A stretch of 36,079 bases of DNA from a virus. The notes beneath the pieces are model-generated. The model searched no databases and was not told where the DNA came from. It saw only the letters and a list, made by a program, of their open reading frames with translations. The stretch is taken from IMG/VR virus record IMGVR_UViG_3300009285_000036, positions 1 to 36,079 of that record, one strand, 5' to 3'. The translations under genes and the position numbers were made by a program. Shown piece by piece: positions 26,127 through 33,582 of this stretch. The stretch's first letter is position 1. Each line of letters begins with the position of its first letter.

Positions 26127-27620
26127 TTATCTCATTCTGTTTAACATATTTAGTCCTCGATTTTCTTGTTGTAAAATAATCTGTTTTATTGGATCGACTA
26201 AAGACGGCATAACTAACTGTGTTTGATAAGCCAAAGCGTCAATTAAATCATCGTGTTTGCCTTTAGGAAATCTCAGCATCTCACCTTCTAAGTCACCACA
26301 TTCGTTTTCAATATGCCAAATCATTCCTCGTTCATACATCGGAATAAGTCCACGAATACGCAACTCCTTTTTTTTGCCTTGATGCGAAAGCTCTTTAAGG
26401 GGCAACAACTTGCCCCGCCTGTCTTCTTCTTGTTTCAAAAAAGGCATTATAGCGTCAGAAAGCACGGTTTTTTCAATCCCTATCCTATCCCAACGGTTGA
26501 TCTCATAAGAATCAAACAAATATCGTATCAATTCGGCTGTATCAATCCGTAATCTCTTGGCTGAAATATGCCAATGATTTTTAGCATCAACATAATTCTC
26601 AACCCAACCTGTAAAATCCGCTGAATCCTTTTCGGAAATTGCTGTGTCTATCGTGAGATATCTTTCATCTCTTTTGTGTTCTGCTTCTTTGCGGGAAATC
26701 TTTTTAAACCATAATTGCTTAAATTCCGCGTTGATATCATCGCAGGGCGATTGCTGGTAAAGACAAAGCCATTCCCTAGTTCCCAGCACTTTCTTGATAT
26801 TATTTAATGCTTCTAAATCGTATCTTTCTGGCCATAGCGCTGAACCTAATTTACGAAATTTCTCATCTTCTATCGCAATAGCAGGAAAGCTTATTACCTC
26901 CCATTTTTCACCACCAAGTGCTTGTTCGCTTAATAACCAACCAGCTAAGTCATCTTCGTGCCAACGAGTCATCATAATCACGATTGATCCACCCGGCGCC
27001 AAGCGAGTATAAGCTGTTGAAACATACCATTCTTTGATTCGTTCTCGCATTACTTCGCTTTCCGCTTCTTCTCTGTTTTTATGAGGATCATCAATGAAAA
27101 GCACATCTGCTCCGCGGCCGGTTATAGCTCCGCCAATACCAGCCGCAATATAAGAACCGCCCTTATTTGTGTTCCAACGCCCGGCTGATTTGCTATCTTC
27201 CGCTAAAGTTACACCAGTAAAAACATTTTGAAAGATATTTGAATTGACAAGATTTCTCACCTTTCGCCCAAAATCTGTAGCTAAATCTGCTGAATATGAC
27301 GCGGCAATAAGCTCTTTTTCAGGATGTTTGCCAATAAACCACGAGGGAAATTGAATTGAACCGATCTCTGATTTACCACTTCGAGGCGGCATAAAGATCA
27401 TCAATCGTTTAATTTCGCCTCGCTCTACTGCTTCCAATTTCTCAATAATCAATTTATGATGCCAATTAATTTGATAATTTACGAAATTGTACTGAATATA
27501 ATCAAGCAATTTCCTCTTCGCCAGTTCCCTCTTCGCTAATTCCGCCATCGCTTTTTTCTTCAAGCCCTGCAAGTTTTGAAAGGGTTTCGTTGTCATAATT
27601 TGATAAATCTCTAACTTCAA
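26127..27620 (-). CDS. terL: Terminase large subunit
   Basis: Walker A-like PPRSGKSE, Walker B-like VLFIDDPH and a C-terminal nuclease-like HDDLIDALAY. The true start may be MAELAK at 27548, because the longest ORF overlaps terS by 119 nt. Confidence 0.85.
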   Translation of the reverse strand: MKLEIYQIMTTKPFQNLQGLKKKAMAELAKRELAKRKLLDYIQYNFVNYQINWHHKLIIEKLEAVERGEIKRLMIFMPPRSGKSEIGSIQFPSWFIGKHPEKELIAASYSADLATDFGRKVRNLVNSNIFQNVFTGVTLAEDSKSAGRWNTNKGGSYIAAGIGGAITGRGADVLFIDDPHKNREEAESEVMRERIKEWYVSTAYTRLAPGGSIVIMMTRWHEDDLAGWLLSEQALGGEKWEVISFPAIAIEDEKFRKLGSALWPERYDLEALNNIKKVLGTREWLCLYQQSPCDDINAEFKQLWFKKISRKEAEHKRDERYLTIDTAISEKDSADFTGWVENYVDAKNHWHISAKRLRIDTAELIRYLFDSYEINRWDRIGIEKTVLSDAIMPFLKQEEDRRGKLLPLKELSHQGKKKELRIRGLIPMYERGMIWHIENECGDLEGEMLRFPKGKHDDLIDALAYQTQLVMPSLVDPIKQIILQQENRGLNMLNRMR

Positions 27621-27933
27621 CTTGTTTCTTTTCAGGAGAATAACTGCCCTTTAATCTATAAGCTGTATCAAGATATTTATGTCTAACGGCATAATCTTCA
27701 ACTAACATTTTTCCTTCAATTCTTGTTGCTTTCAAACCCTCTTCGTGTACTTTTGCTAATTTCTTATCAGGAAAATGCTGTTCCATAAGTTCAGCCCACC
27801 CCTTGCTTTGAGTAACTTGTTTAGGATGTGTAGCTGTTTTTGCGCTATAACCAACCTTCCGCATCGCGGCAGAAACGCTTCGACTGTTTTCGACTACCTC
27901 TTTCACTAGCCTCTTTTGTCGCTCTGTAGCCAT
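27502..27933 (-). CDS. terS: Terminase small subunit
   Basis: 143 aa with an N-terminal HTH-like segment (NSRSVSAAMRKVGYSAKTATHPKQV), directly upstream of terL. Confidence 0.7.
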   Translation of the reverse strand: MATERQKRLVKEVVENSRSVSAAMRKVGYSAKTATHPKQVTQSKGWAELMEQHFPDKKLAKVHEEGLKATRIEGKMLVEDYAVRHKYLDTAYRLKGSYSPEKKQVEVRDLSNYDNETLSKLAGLEEKSDGGISEEGTGEEEIA

Positions 27934-27935
27934 AT

Positions 27936-28277
27936 TTATTCATTATTAACTTCTTCACAAATCTCATAAACTGTTTTAGTTTTCAAAGCTTCTTTAGCCA
28001 TTTCAATACCTTGTAATTTCAAGTGAAATGAGCAAATCTGCGATCTCATTCTCTTGATTTCATCTTTAGTCTTCTGAATCAATCCCATTAACTCCTGATC
28101 CTTTTTATACTTAATGTTTAAAGTCTTGCTGGTTTCCTCAATTTCAGATTCACCATACTTTCTTTCAGCGATTTCAAGATTAACTTTAACTTTCATCAAT
28201 TCCACGACAATACCAATTCTCTCATCGTAAAGTGTTGCTAAAGCGATCTCTTCGTTTGTTGCCTCTTTTGGTTTCAT
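27936..28277 (-). CDS. Hypothetical coiled-coil protein (113 aa)
   Basis: First long ORF after the 630-bp non-coding region. Confidence 0.6.
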   Translation of the reverse strand: MKPKEATNEEIALATLYDERIGIVVELMKVKVNLEIAERKYGESEIEETSKTLNIKYKKDQELMGLIQKTKDEIKRMRSQICSFHLKLQGIEMAKEALKTKTVYEICEEVNNE

Positions 28278-28357
28278 ATAATAAAAATCTAACGATTGAT
28301 TTAATCGCCCCTTTTAATTTAAGGGCTTTAGCTATTAGCCCCTAGTTTTATTTCCCT

Positions 28358-28491
28358 CTCACCCCGCCACTTAGCAAGGTGTTTCCTTTTGCAAAAAGGA
28401 AAAGTCCGGATTCTTAATTCCTCTATACACTAATCAGGCATAGAGAGTTTAGGCTTCGTTATTTAGCCTATGTTCCAAATAACGGAGTGAG
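28358..28491 (-). promoter_or_regulatory. Candidate structured RNA element or leader made of several stem-loops
   Basis: 28358-28366 pairs with 28483-28491 over 9 bp, and one of these is a G.U that only works on the minus strand. Enclosed are a 9-bp hairpin (28382-28402), a 6-bp hairpin (28421-28445) and two mutually exclusive helices between 28451 and 28483. Confidence 0.25.
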
Positions 28492-28500
28492 AAAAAATAA

Positions 28501-28671
28501 TTATTTGTATAAATCAATCCATTCATCAAGTAAACTGAGGAGCAGTCTTGTTTTACAACCCATACATCTTATTTCAAAGTTTTCACAATTAGTGTATATT
28601 TGCTTCTTTAATAACTTTTTAACTTTTAAAATATTTGCGACAAACTGTTTATCACTTTTTGTTAGTTTCAT
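28501..28671 (-). CDS. Small hypothetical protein (56 aa)
   Basis: MKLTKSDKQFVANILKVKKLLKKQIYTNCENFEIRCMGCKTRLLLSLLDEWIDLYK. It is on the same strand as all its neighbours and looks more protein-like than the 64-aa plus-strand ORF opposite. Confidence 0.45.
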   Translation of the reverse strand: MKLTKSDKQFVANILKVKKLLKKQIYTNCENFEIRCMGCKTRLLLSLLDEWIDLYK

Positions 28672-28681
28672 AATGTTATGA

Positions 28682-28746
28682 TTCCCCTGTGTAAGAAGTT
28701 ATATCCACAAATTTTTGCAAAGGACACAACTTCTCGCAGAGGGGAA
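28682..28746 (-). promoter_or_regulatory. Long imperfect hairpin (about 25 bp stem, 15-nt loop). Candidate RNase III-type processing or regulatory site.
   Basis: Arm 28682-28706 pairs with 28722-28746. Three plus-strand A.C mismatches become U.G pairs on the minus strand. The hairpin ends 10 nt upstream of the ATG at 28671. Confidence 0.4.
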
Positions 28747-28824
28747 CGAGACACGCTCAAATTATTGGTCATTATTCTAACCATTTTTAACGCAAGATTA
28801 TGCGATTAAATTCAGTTAAAACAA

Positions 28825-28852
28825 AAAAGGCGGACTAAAAAAGTCTCCTTTT
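28825..28852 (-). terminator. Terminator-like hairpin downstream of the methyltransferase gene
   Basis: GGCGGACT / AGTCTCC stem with one bulge. A-runs and T-runs flank it, so a U tract follows on either strand. Confidence 0.5.
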
Positions 28853-28910
28853 GAAATTTCCCATCCGATTAGGAAGGCTGGCAATTTTATTATGTGTTCC
28901 CTCCATATAC

Positions 28911-29588
28911 TTATATTATAGCACAAATTTGGTTTTCAAGTATAGGGTGTGGATAAATAGAATTAAAAATATGTAAGCCAAGTTGAGGTAAAACACAGTT
29001 CCTTAATATTTGTCTTTTATTTTTTAATTTAATTCCTGTTAAATTTAATCCGTGTAAATCAGTTAACTCTGGAATTTGAGCTTCTCTGATAATTGCTTTC
29101 CTTTGGGCTTTTTTTGTTGCCTTTCTATTCATCGTTCCTATCTGAACATAATCAATCTTGATTTCTGGAATAGTGAAATTTGCCCAAAAATAATGTCTTC
29201 CAACAACTTGTGGTTCGTATATCGACTTGTAATAACTTTTTACATTCTCAATAACATATTTTCCTTTAAAAAAATACTTTAAAAAAATAATCTCTTGCCA
29301 TAATTTCATATCCGGATAACGATAAATACCTTGTCCTTTTAGAAAAAAATTAGTAACTGAATGACTTGGACAAGGTGGACTGCTCCAAATAAAATCAAAC
29401 TCAGCAAAATGTTCCAGTAAATACTGATGAGCGTCATCAACAATAATTACATCATTAGGAAAAAATTTATGATAAACTTCAGCAATTTCTGGATTTAATT
29501 CAACTGCTGTGATTTCATGTTCATTGCCTTTAGGAGTCCACAACTTTCTGTTCCCTCCTATCCCTGCATACAAATTAAGAATCTTCAT
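28911..29588 (-). CDS. Compact DNA cytosine-C5 methyltransferase (225 aa)
   Basis: Motif I LYAGIGG, motif IV SSPPCPSHS, motif VI YVIENV and a motif X-like RNCVLPQL. The region between motifs VI and X is very short. Confidence 0.8.
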   Translation of the reverse strand: MKILNLYAGIGGNRKLWTPKGNEHEITAVELNPEIAEVYHKFFPNDVIIVDDAHQYLLEHFAEFDFIWSSPPCPSHSVTNFFLKGQGIYRYPDMKLWQEIIFLKYFFKGKYVIENVKSYYKSIYEPQVVGRHYFWANFTIPEIKIDYVQIGTMNRKATKKAQRKAIIREAQIPELTDLHGLNLTGIKLKNKRQILRNCVLPQLGLHIFNSIYPHPILENQICAII

Positions 29589-29592
29589 AATA

Positions 29593-29778
29593 TTAAGTTA
29601 TACAGACCAATTTTTCTTTTACTAAATTACAAACTATTTTTGCCATACTTATTTTCTGTTTCCTTTTCTGTTTTCTAAGAATCTTAAATACTTCTTCTGT
29701 AACATAAATTTTATTAGTTAGTTTTAATTTTTCTTCTTTACTATACATATATAGTTTCATATAGCCATATATAGCCAT
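29593..29778 (-). CDS. Ribbon-helix-helix (CopG/Arc-like) DNA-binding protein
   Basis: KIYVTEEVFKILRKQKRKQKISMAKIVCNLVKEKL fits a strand-helix-helix pattern. The true start is probably Met7 (29760) or Met11 (29748), because the first codons lie inside a tandem repeat. Confidence 0.55.
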   Translation of the reverse strand: MAIYGYMKLYMYSKEEKLKLTNKIYVTEEVFKILRKQKRKQKISMAKIVCNLVKEKLVCIT

Positions 29779-29786
29779 ATATAGCC
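29759..29786. repeat. Three ATATAGCC boxes spaced exactly 10 bp apart. Candidate operator or promoter array.
   Basis: ATAGCC occurs at 29761-66, 29771-76 and 29781-86, each preceded by AT or ATAT. Confidence 0.85.
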
Positions 29787-29875
29787 TTTCCAGCTTCTGC
29801 TTCCCTCTCTCCCTCCCTCTGGGGATTAACTATTCTTAAAAAATCTTATAAGAAATAGTCAATCTTGTTATCCCC

Positions 29876-29895
29876 GTCGGTCGGTCGGTCGGTCG
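29876..29895. repeat. Tetranucleotide microsatellite (GTCG)x5
   Basis: Five perfect tandem copies in an otherwise AT-rich intergenic region. Confidence 0.95.
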
Positions 29896-30006
29896 CTATT
29901 GCTCTTATTCCGCTATGATATTTAATGGTTATCAATCCTGAATAAGTAGGAATCTTTACCAATCGTACATAAACTAGAAATAATTTAGGTGCGACTGATA
30001 AAATTT

Positions 30007-30040
30007 AAAAACAAAAACACCAACCAATAAAGGCGGTGTT
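30007..30040 (-). terminator. Minus-strand intrinsic terminator
   Basis: AACACC (30016-30021) pairs with GGTGTT (30035-30040). On the minus strand the hairpin is followed by TTTTGTTTTT. Confidence 0.5.
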
Positions 30041-30075
30041 CTTGTTGAAAAAATATAAATAAGTTCCCTCCGATT

Positions 30076-30285
30076 TTACTCGGTATGAATCTTAAATTGT
30101 ATACAACCTGAGATAACATAATTGGGAATTAAATTAAATTTTTTCATACCTATATAATACCACAATAGATTAGAAAGCACAAGTGTTGCAAGTGGCAAAT
30201 GTGGATAACTTAATATTTTGGCAGTGTTGTGATATAATGAATTTAATACAGCGAACTCTTTTAGGAGGTGCGGACTTGTCCACAT
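30076..30285 (-). CDS. Doubtful 69-aa hydrophobic ORF between the divergent promoters
   Basis: It is an ORF followed 36 nt later by a minus-strand terminator. No convincing promoter was found and the composition is odd. Confidence 0.2.
   Translation of the reverse strand: MWTSPHLLKEFAVLNSLYHNTAKILSYPHLPLATLVLSNLLWYYIGMKKFNLIPNYVISGCIQFKIHTE
30210..30238 (+). promoter_or_regulatory. Candidate sigma70-type promoter with an extended -10
   Basis: TTAATA (30210-15), a 17-nt spacer ending in TG, then TATAAT (30233-38). This gives a TGaTATAAT extended -10. Confidence 0.4.
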
Positions 30286-30325
30286 AGCTGGAAATACGAG
30301 ACGACTGGTGTTACTGGTCGTTTTT
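30245..30325 (+). ncRNA. Candidate small RNA of about 80 nt, running from the promoter to the terminator
   Basis: It is bounded by the promoter at 30210-30238 and the terminator at 30301-30325. It contains AGGAGG and a short hairpin (30268-30285) and holds only a trivial ORF. It is antisense to the 5' end of the 30285 ORF. Confidence 0.25.
30301..30325 (+). terminator. Plus-strand intrinsic terminator
   Basis: ACGACTGG (30301-08) pairs with CTGGTCGT (30314-21). Two of the pairs are G.U and only work on the plus strand. TTTTT follows. Confidence 0.6.
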
Positions 30326-30388
30326 GTAATTGTTGATAACTTTATTTAATTGGCTTATTTTAGCAGTAATTAAATAAGGACTAGGGAC

Positions 30389-30418
30389 TTGACAAGTATG
30401 CCAGTATCGTGGTACTAT
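30389..30418 (+). promoter_or_regulatory. Early promoter
   Basis: Consensus TTGACA (30389-94), an 18-nt spacer ending in TGg, then TACTAT (30413-18). It lies about 45 nt upstream of the first plus-strand gene, and the -35 sits inside the palindrome ACTTGACAAGT. Confidence 0.55.
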
Positions 30419-30461
30419 ATCTATGTAACCTACCAAAGCTTGCTAACAACAATAAAATTAT

Positions 30462-30623
30462 ATGAATGAAACAAAATTTAAAATACCTAAAGCAACTTGC
30501 TTACGTTGTGGTCATACGTGGATTCCACGAAAGGAAACAGTTATTAAGTGCCCAAGATTTGAATGTGGAAGTCCTTATTGGAACAAGGAACGTCAAAAAC
30601 CAAAAGAAAAACTAAATAACTAA
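30462..30623 (+). CDS. Zinc-ribbon mini-protein (53 aa)
   Basis: CLRC ... CPRFEC. It is the first ORF after the early promoter. Confidence 0.55.
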   Translation: MNETKFKIPKATCLRCGHTWIPRKETVIKCPRFECGSPYWNKERQKPKEKLNN

Positions 30624-30633
30624 TTAAAATCCT

Positions 30634-30726
30634 ATGTACAAATTCTATACTTATTCAGGGTGGCGAAATAATCGCACAACCATTGAATTGTTTATGTATG
30701 CGTTTGATATTTTAATCACTAAATAA
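30634..30726 (+). CDS. Possible 30-aa peptide
   Basis: It fills a gap and carries the same AAAATCCTATG start context as its neighbours. Confidence 0.3.
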   Translation: MYKFYTYSGWRNNRTTIELFMYAFDILITK

Positions 30727-30732
30727 AAACCT

Positions 30733-30903
30733 ATGTCAAAAATAATCGAAGTATGGCTAAAAGACAATGCCACTGATGATGAAATTAAGTTAATAAGAGA
30801 TGATGTTGAGTCAAGGTTTAATTATATTGTGGATCGAACCTTTGATCGTTCGTTTGATGAAGAAGAATATGAGTTGTTTCCTAGAGCTTACAAGAAAATT
30901 TAA
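30733..30903 (+). CDS. Small acidic hypothetical protein (56 aa)
   Basis: ORF with the conserved TAAAAACCTATG start context. Confidence 0.5.
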   Translation: MSKIIEVWLKDNATDDEIKLIRDDVESRFNYIVDRTFDRSFDEEEYELFPRAYKKI

Positions 30904-30939
30904 ACGCTCTTACAATAATTAAAAATAATAAATAAACCT

Positions 30940-31293
30940 ATGTCGCACCCAACAAACACAATCTGGCTAGAAAATCTAGCCGAACTAAAACAAATAGAAG
31001 AAGATAAAACAGAAGAAAACAAAAAATCAAATTTTATGTCTTCTAAACTAACACCTAAACAATTATCTTGTATTGGCTGGATGATGATTAGTCAACGAAT
31101 ATTCAGAGATCATATAAAATCTGTTTATGATACAGAACAGAATGTAGAACACAACCATCATCTTACAAGTGAATGGTTAGACAAAAACATTGACAAATGG
31201 ACAGCTAGTACTTTAATTCAACATCTTGAAAATGAAAACATAGAAGGGTTCAAAAATCAATTAAAACATCTTAACTTCCCTTATTTTAAATAA
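30940..31293 (+). CDS. Hypothetical protein (117 aa)
   Basis: ORF with the conserved start context AAATAAACCTATG. Confidence 0.65.
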   Translation: MSHPTNTIWLENLAELKQIEEDKTEENKKSNFMSSKLTPKQLSCIGWMMISQRIFRDHIKSVYDTEQNVEHNHHLTSEWLDKNIDKWTASTLIQHLENENIEGFKNQLKHLNFPYFK

Positions 31294-31294
31294 T

Positions 31295-31618
31295 ATGACT
31301 ATTCCTCTTTGTCCTGAACACGGTGCTTGTAAAATAATTCCAGCTGGAGTTTCTAAAACAACAGGTAGACCCTACAACGCTTTCTTTGCTTGTGTAGACC
31401 GAAACTGCAAATGGAAACCGCCAAAAAAAGCTACTCCTACATCAGATCAAAACTTTGAAGCAGGACTAACTAAAGACTTGACCGAAGACCGGAGACAAAA
31501 CTCAATTACCCGATCAGTAGCATTAAATAACGCTGTAACATTGTTCGCCAATAAAGAAGCAACAACTCAAATAATCCTTGCAACCGCTGATGAATTTGTA
31601 AATTGGTTAAGTAAATAA
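31295..31618 (+). CDS. Zinc-finger protein (107 aa)
   Basis: CPEHGAC ... FFACVDRNCKW, a four-Cys arrangement resembling topoisomerase-type zinc ribbons. Confidence 0.6.
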   Translation: MTIPLCPEHGACKIIPAGVSKTTGRPYNAFFACVDRNCKWKPPKKATPTSDQNFEAGLTKDLTEDRRQNSITRSVALNNAVTLFANKEATTQIILATADEFVNWLSK

Positions 31619-31625
31619 AAAATTT

Positions 31626-31787
31626 ATGGTTTTTATAGATAATACAATTTTCTTATGTGTTCATTGCGGGGAGAGATACAAAGGAAGGTATTGTATCCGG
31701 TGCAAAACTAAAGCAGGTCGAGATGAAATAGATAAACAAAATGAGGAAATTAAAAAGGAACGATTATGCAAAGCGTCAATGAAATAA
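31626..31787 (+). CDS. Zinc-ribbon mini-protein (53 aa)
   Basis: CVHC-x8-CIRC. It overlaps the next gene by 22 nt. Confidence 0.45.
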   Translation: MVFIDNTIFLCVHCGERYKGRYCIRCKTKAGRDEIDKQNEEIKKERLCKASMK

Positions 31788-32104
31788 TTAAACAGCTCTC
31801 TAACTGGGAAGAATTGCAGAAACTTGATCCCCACAACATTTCTTTATATCAAGTTTTTCTCTCCGCGAATTATTGGCAATGCGGACAGGAAATTATCAAG
31901 ACTGAACAAGCCTATAATTTAAAATGGCGCGAGGCAAGAGAAAATGTTGAATCAGACAAGCAAGCAGATCGTCTTGCCTCCGTAACCAAAGAATACGAAG
32001 ATTATCAAAAAGCTCGTTATGCAGAGAAAACTTTGATTGAGACAATACGCTCACTTAAAAAAATGTTGTTAATTCTAATTGAAGAATCGCATAACCAAAT
32101 GTAG
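31766..32104 (+). CDS. Hypothetical protein (112 aa)
   Basis: ORF in the gene array. Confidence 0.6.
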   Translation: MQSVNEIIKQLSNWEELQKLDPHNISLYQVFLSANYWQCGQEIIKTEQAYNLKWREARENVESDKQADRLASVTKEYEDYQKARYAEKTLIETIRSLKKMLLILIEESHNQM

Positions 32105-32105
32105 T

Positions 32106-32393
32106 ATGCGACCAATCCCAAAAAAACTCCGTGAACAAATGGCAGATGATCCTTTTATGAAATGTTGTTGTATCTGCGGATCACAATCTGTTGAGTGGCA
32201 TCATAACGAAATTTTTGCGGGTCGCCAGCGTAATGAGGCTTATTCAATCGTTCCACTTTGCCACAAACATCACACTGGTATTGAAGGAGTACATAATTGT
32301 AAAATAATCAAGCAGAAAGTGAATAAAATCTGTGAAGGTAGGAAATCACCTAAAATACCCCAAAACTTCGCCACCGAGCAAATAAAGCGATAA
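32106..32393 (+). CDS. HNH / His-Me finger-like Cys-rich protein (NinG or DUF968-like)
   Basis: CCCICG ... EWHHN ... VPLCHKHH. The start is taken at MRPIPKK, directly after the upstream stop. Confidence 0.5.
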   Translation: MRPIPKKLREQMADDPFMKCCCICGSQSVEWHHNEIFAGRQRNEAYSIVPLCHKHHTGIEGVHNCKIIKQKVNKICEGRKSPKIPQNFATEQIKR

Positions 32394-32414
32394 AATCAAC
32401 GATTATAAACAAAT

Positions 32415-32633
32415 ATGTCTCTGAAAAAACGCATTGAAAACTATGTCAGATTGAAAGGTGAAGTTTGGACATCAGGCACGGAGATTGAAGACCGTGCCAG
32501 AGAAGTAGGAAAAAAATCTAGCAACGCTTCTCGCAGATGCCGTGAACTGGTAGAAGAAAACATTTTTGAGCGCCGTCTTAATAACCGTGGTTGCGTAGAG
32601 TATAAATATAAACAATATGAACAATCAAAATAG
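32415..32633 (+). CDS. Small winged-helix-like DNA-binding protein (72 aa)
   Basis: WTSGTEIEDRAREVGKKSSNASRRCRELVEENIFERR fits a helix-turn-helix followed by a wing. Confidence 0.45.
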   Translation: MSLKKRIENYVRLKGEVWTSGTEIEDRAREVGKKSSNASRRCRELVEENIFERRLNNRGCVEYKYKQYEQSK

Positions 32634-33570
32634 TGAACTAATCACAATAAATCCAGCTAAGTTTGGTCTTGAAAAAACCGAAGCCCAACAAATTGAATCT
32701 GTCTTTGCACCAATGCTTGAGAAAATGGTTGAACTTGAAAAAGAGTATAATGAAATTGTATTGTTGTCGCCAACCGAACAAAGTACAATTTTGAAAGCCA
32801 GAGAACTTCGGCTCAAATATGTTAAAGTCAGAACAGGTACAGAAAAAATACACGAAAAAGCCAAATCATATTATTTGGCGGGTGGACGCTTTGTTGACGC
32901 TTGGCGTAATGCTCAAAAGTTTTCTGCTATCGGCAAAGAATCTGAACTAGAAAAGATTGAAAAACACTTTGAACTAATAGAACAAGAAAAAAAAGAAAAA
33001 CTGAATGAGGATAGGCAAAAACAATTAGTACAATTTGTTCCTGATATTACCATGTACAATCTTAAAGATATGAGCGAAGCTGGTTTTACTGAATTATTAA
33101 ACAACTCTAAGATTGCTTTTGAAACACGAATTGAAGCGGAAAAGAAAGCCGAGCAAGAACGAATAAAGCAAGCTGAAAAGGAAGCAGAAGAAAGAGAAAA
33201 AATGAAAATTGAAAACGCAAAATTGAAAGCCGAAGCCGCGGCGAAAGAAAAAGCAATGGCAAAAGAAAGAGCAGAACAAGAAAAGAAACTAGTAGCTGAA
33301 CGAGCCAAAGTTAAAGCCGAAGCCGAGGCGAAAATGAAACTTGAAATGGAATTGAAAACCAAAAAGGAAGCAGAGGAAGCAAAACAAAAACAAGAATTGG
33401 AAGCAAAAAAACAAGCAGAGTTAGCACCCGATAGGGAGAAACTAATTGCTTACGCCGTAGAATTGGAGTGTTTGGAAGTCCCCAAATTACAATCCAAAGA
33501 AGCAAAACAAATTTTATTAGAAGCTATAAAAATTATAAACCAAGCGATTACATTATTAAAAGCTAGTTAA
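32617..33570 (+). CDS. Hypothetical protein with a long K/E/A-rich coiled coil (317 aa)
   Basis: Globular N-terminal domain followed by about 110 aa of AEKEAEEREK-type low complexity. Confidence 0.7.
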   Translation: MNNQNSELITINPAKFGLEKTEAQQIESVFAPMLEKMVELEKEYNEIVLLSPTEQSTILKARELRLKYVKVRTGTEKIHEKAKSYYLAGGRFVDAWRNAQKFSAIGKESELEKIEKHFELIEQEKKEKLNEDRQKQLVQFVPDITMYNLKDMSEAGFTELLNNSKIAFETRIEAEKKAEQERIKQAEKEAEEREKMKIENAKLKAEAAAKEKAMAKERAEQEKKLVAERAKVKAEAEAKMKLEMELKTKKEAEEAKQKQELEAKKQAELAPDREKLIAYAVELECLEVPKLQSKEAKQILLEAIKIINQAITLLKAS

Positions 33571-33582
33571 AAATAAAAATAT

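Noticed and set aside
28487-28681. 64-aa plus-strand ORF in the 630-bp gap
   Set aside because: It is hydrophobic and low-complexity and stands alone on the plus strand within a minus-strand block. The opposite-strand 56-aa ORF (28501-28671) is more protein-like. Even that one carries only moderate confidence.
30268-30336. GTG-initiated 22-codon ORF, and a TTG 3-codon ORF, after the AGGAGG at 30263
   Set aside because: The GTG overlaps the SD-like sequence itself, so there is no spacer. The TTG ORF is trivially short. The rest of the genome does not use SD sites, so the AGGAGG is more likely part of an RNA element.
32913-33362. 149-aa minus-strand ORF opposite the K/E/A-rich coiled-coil gene
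   Set aside because: It is a Ser/Phe/Ala-rich mirror of GAA/AAA/GCA repeats, a classic shadow ORF.
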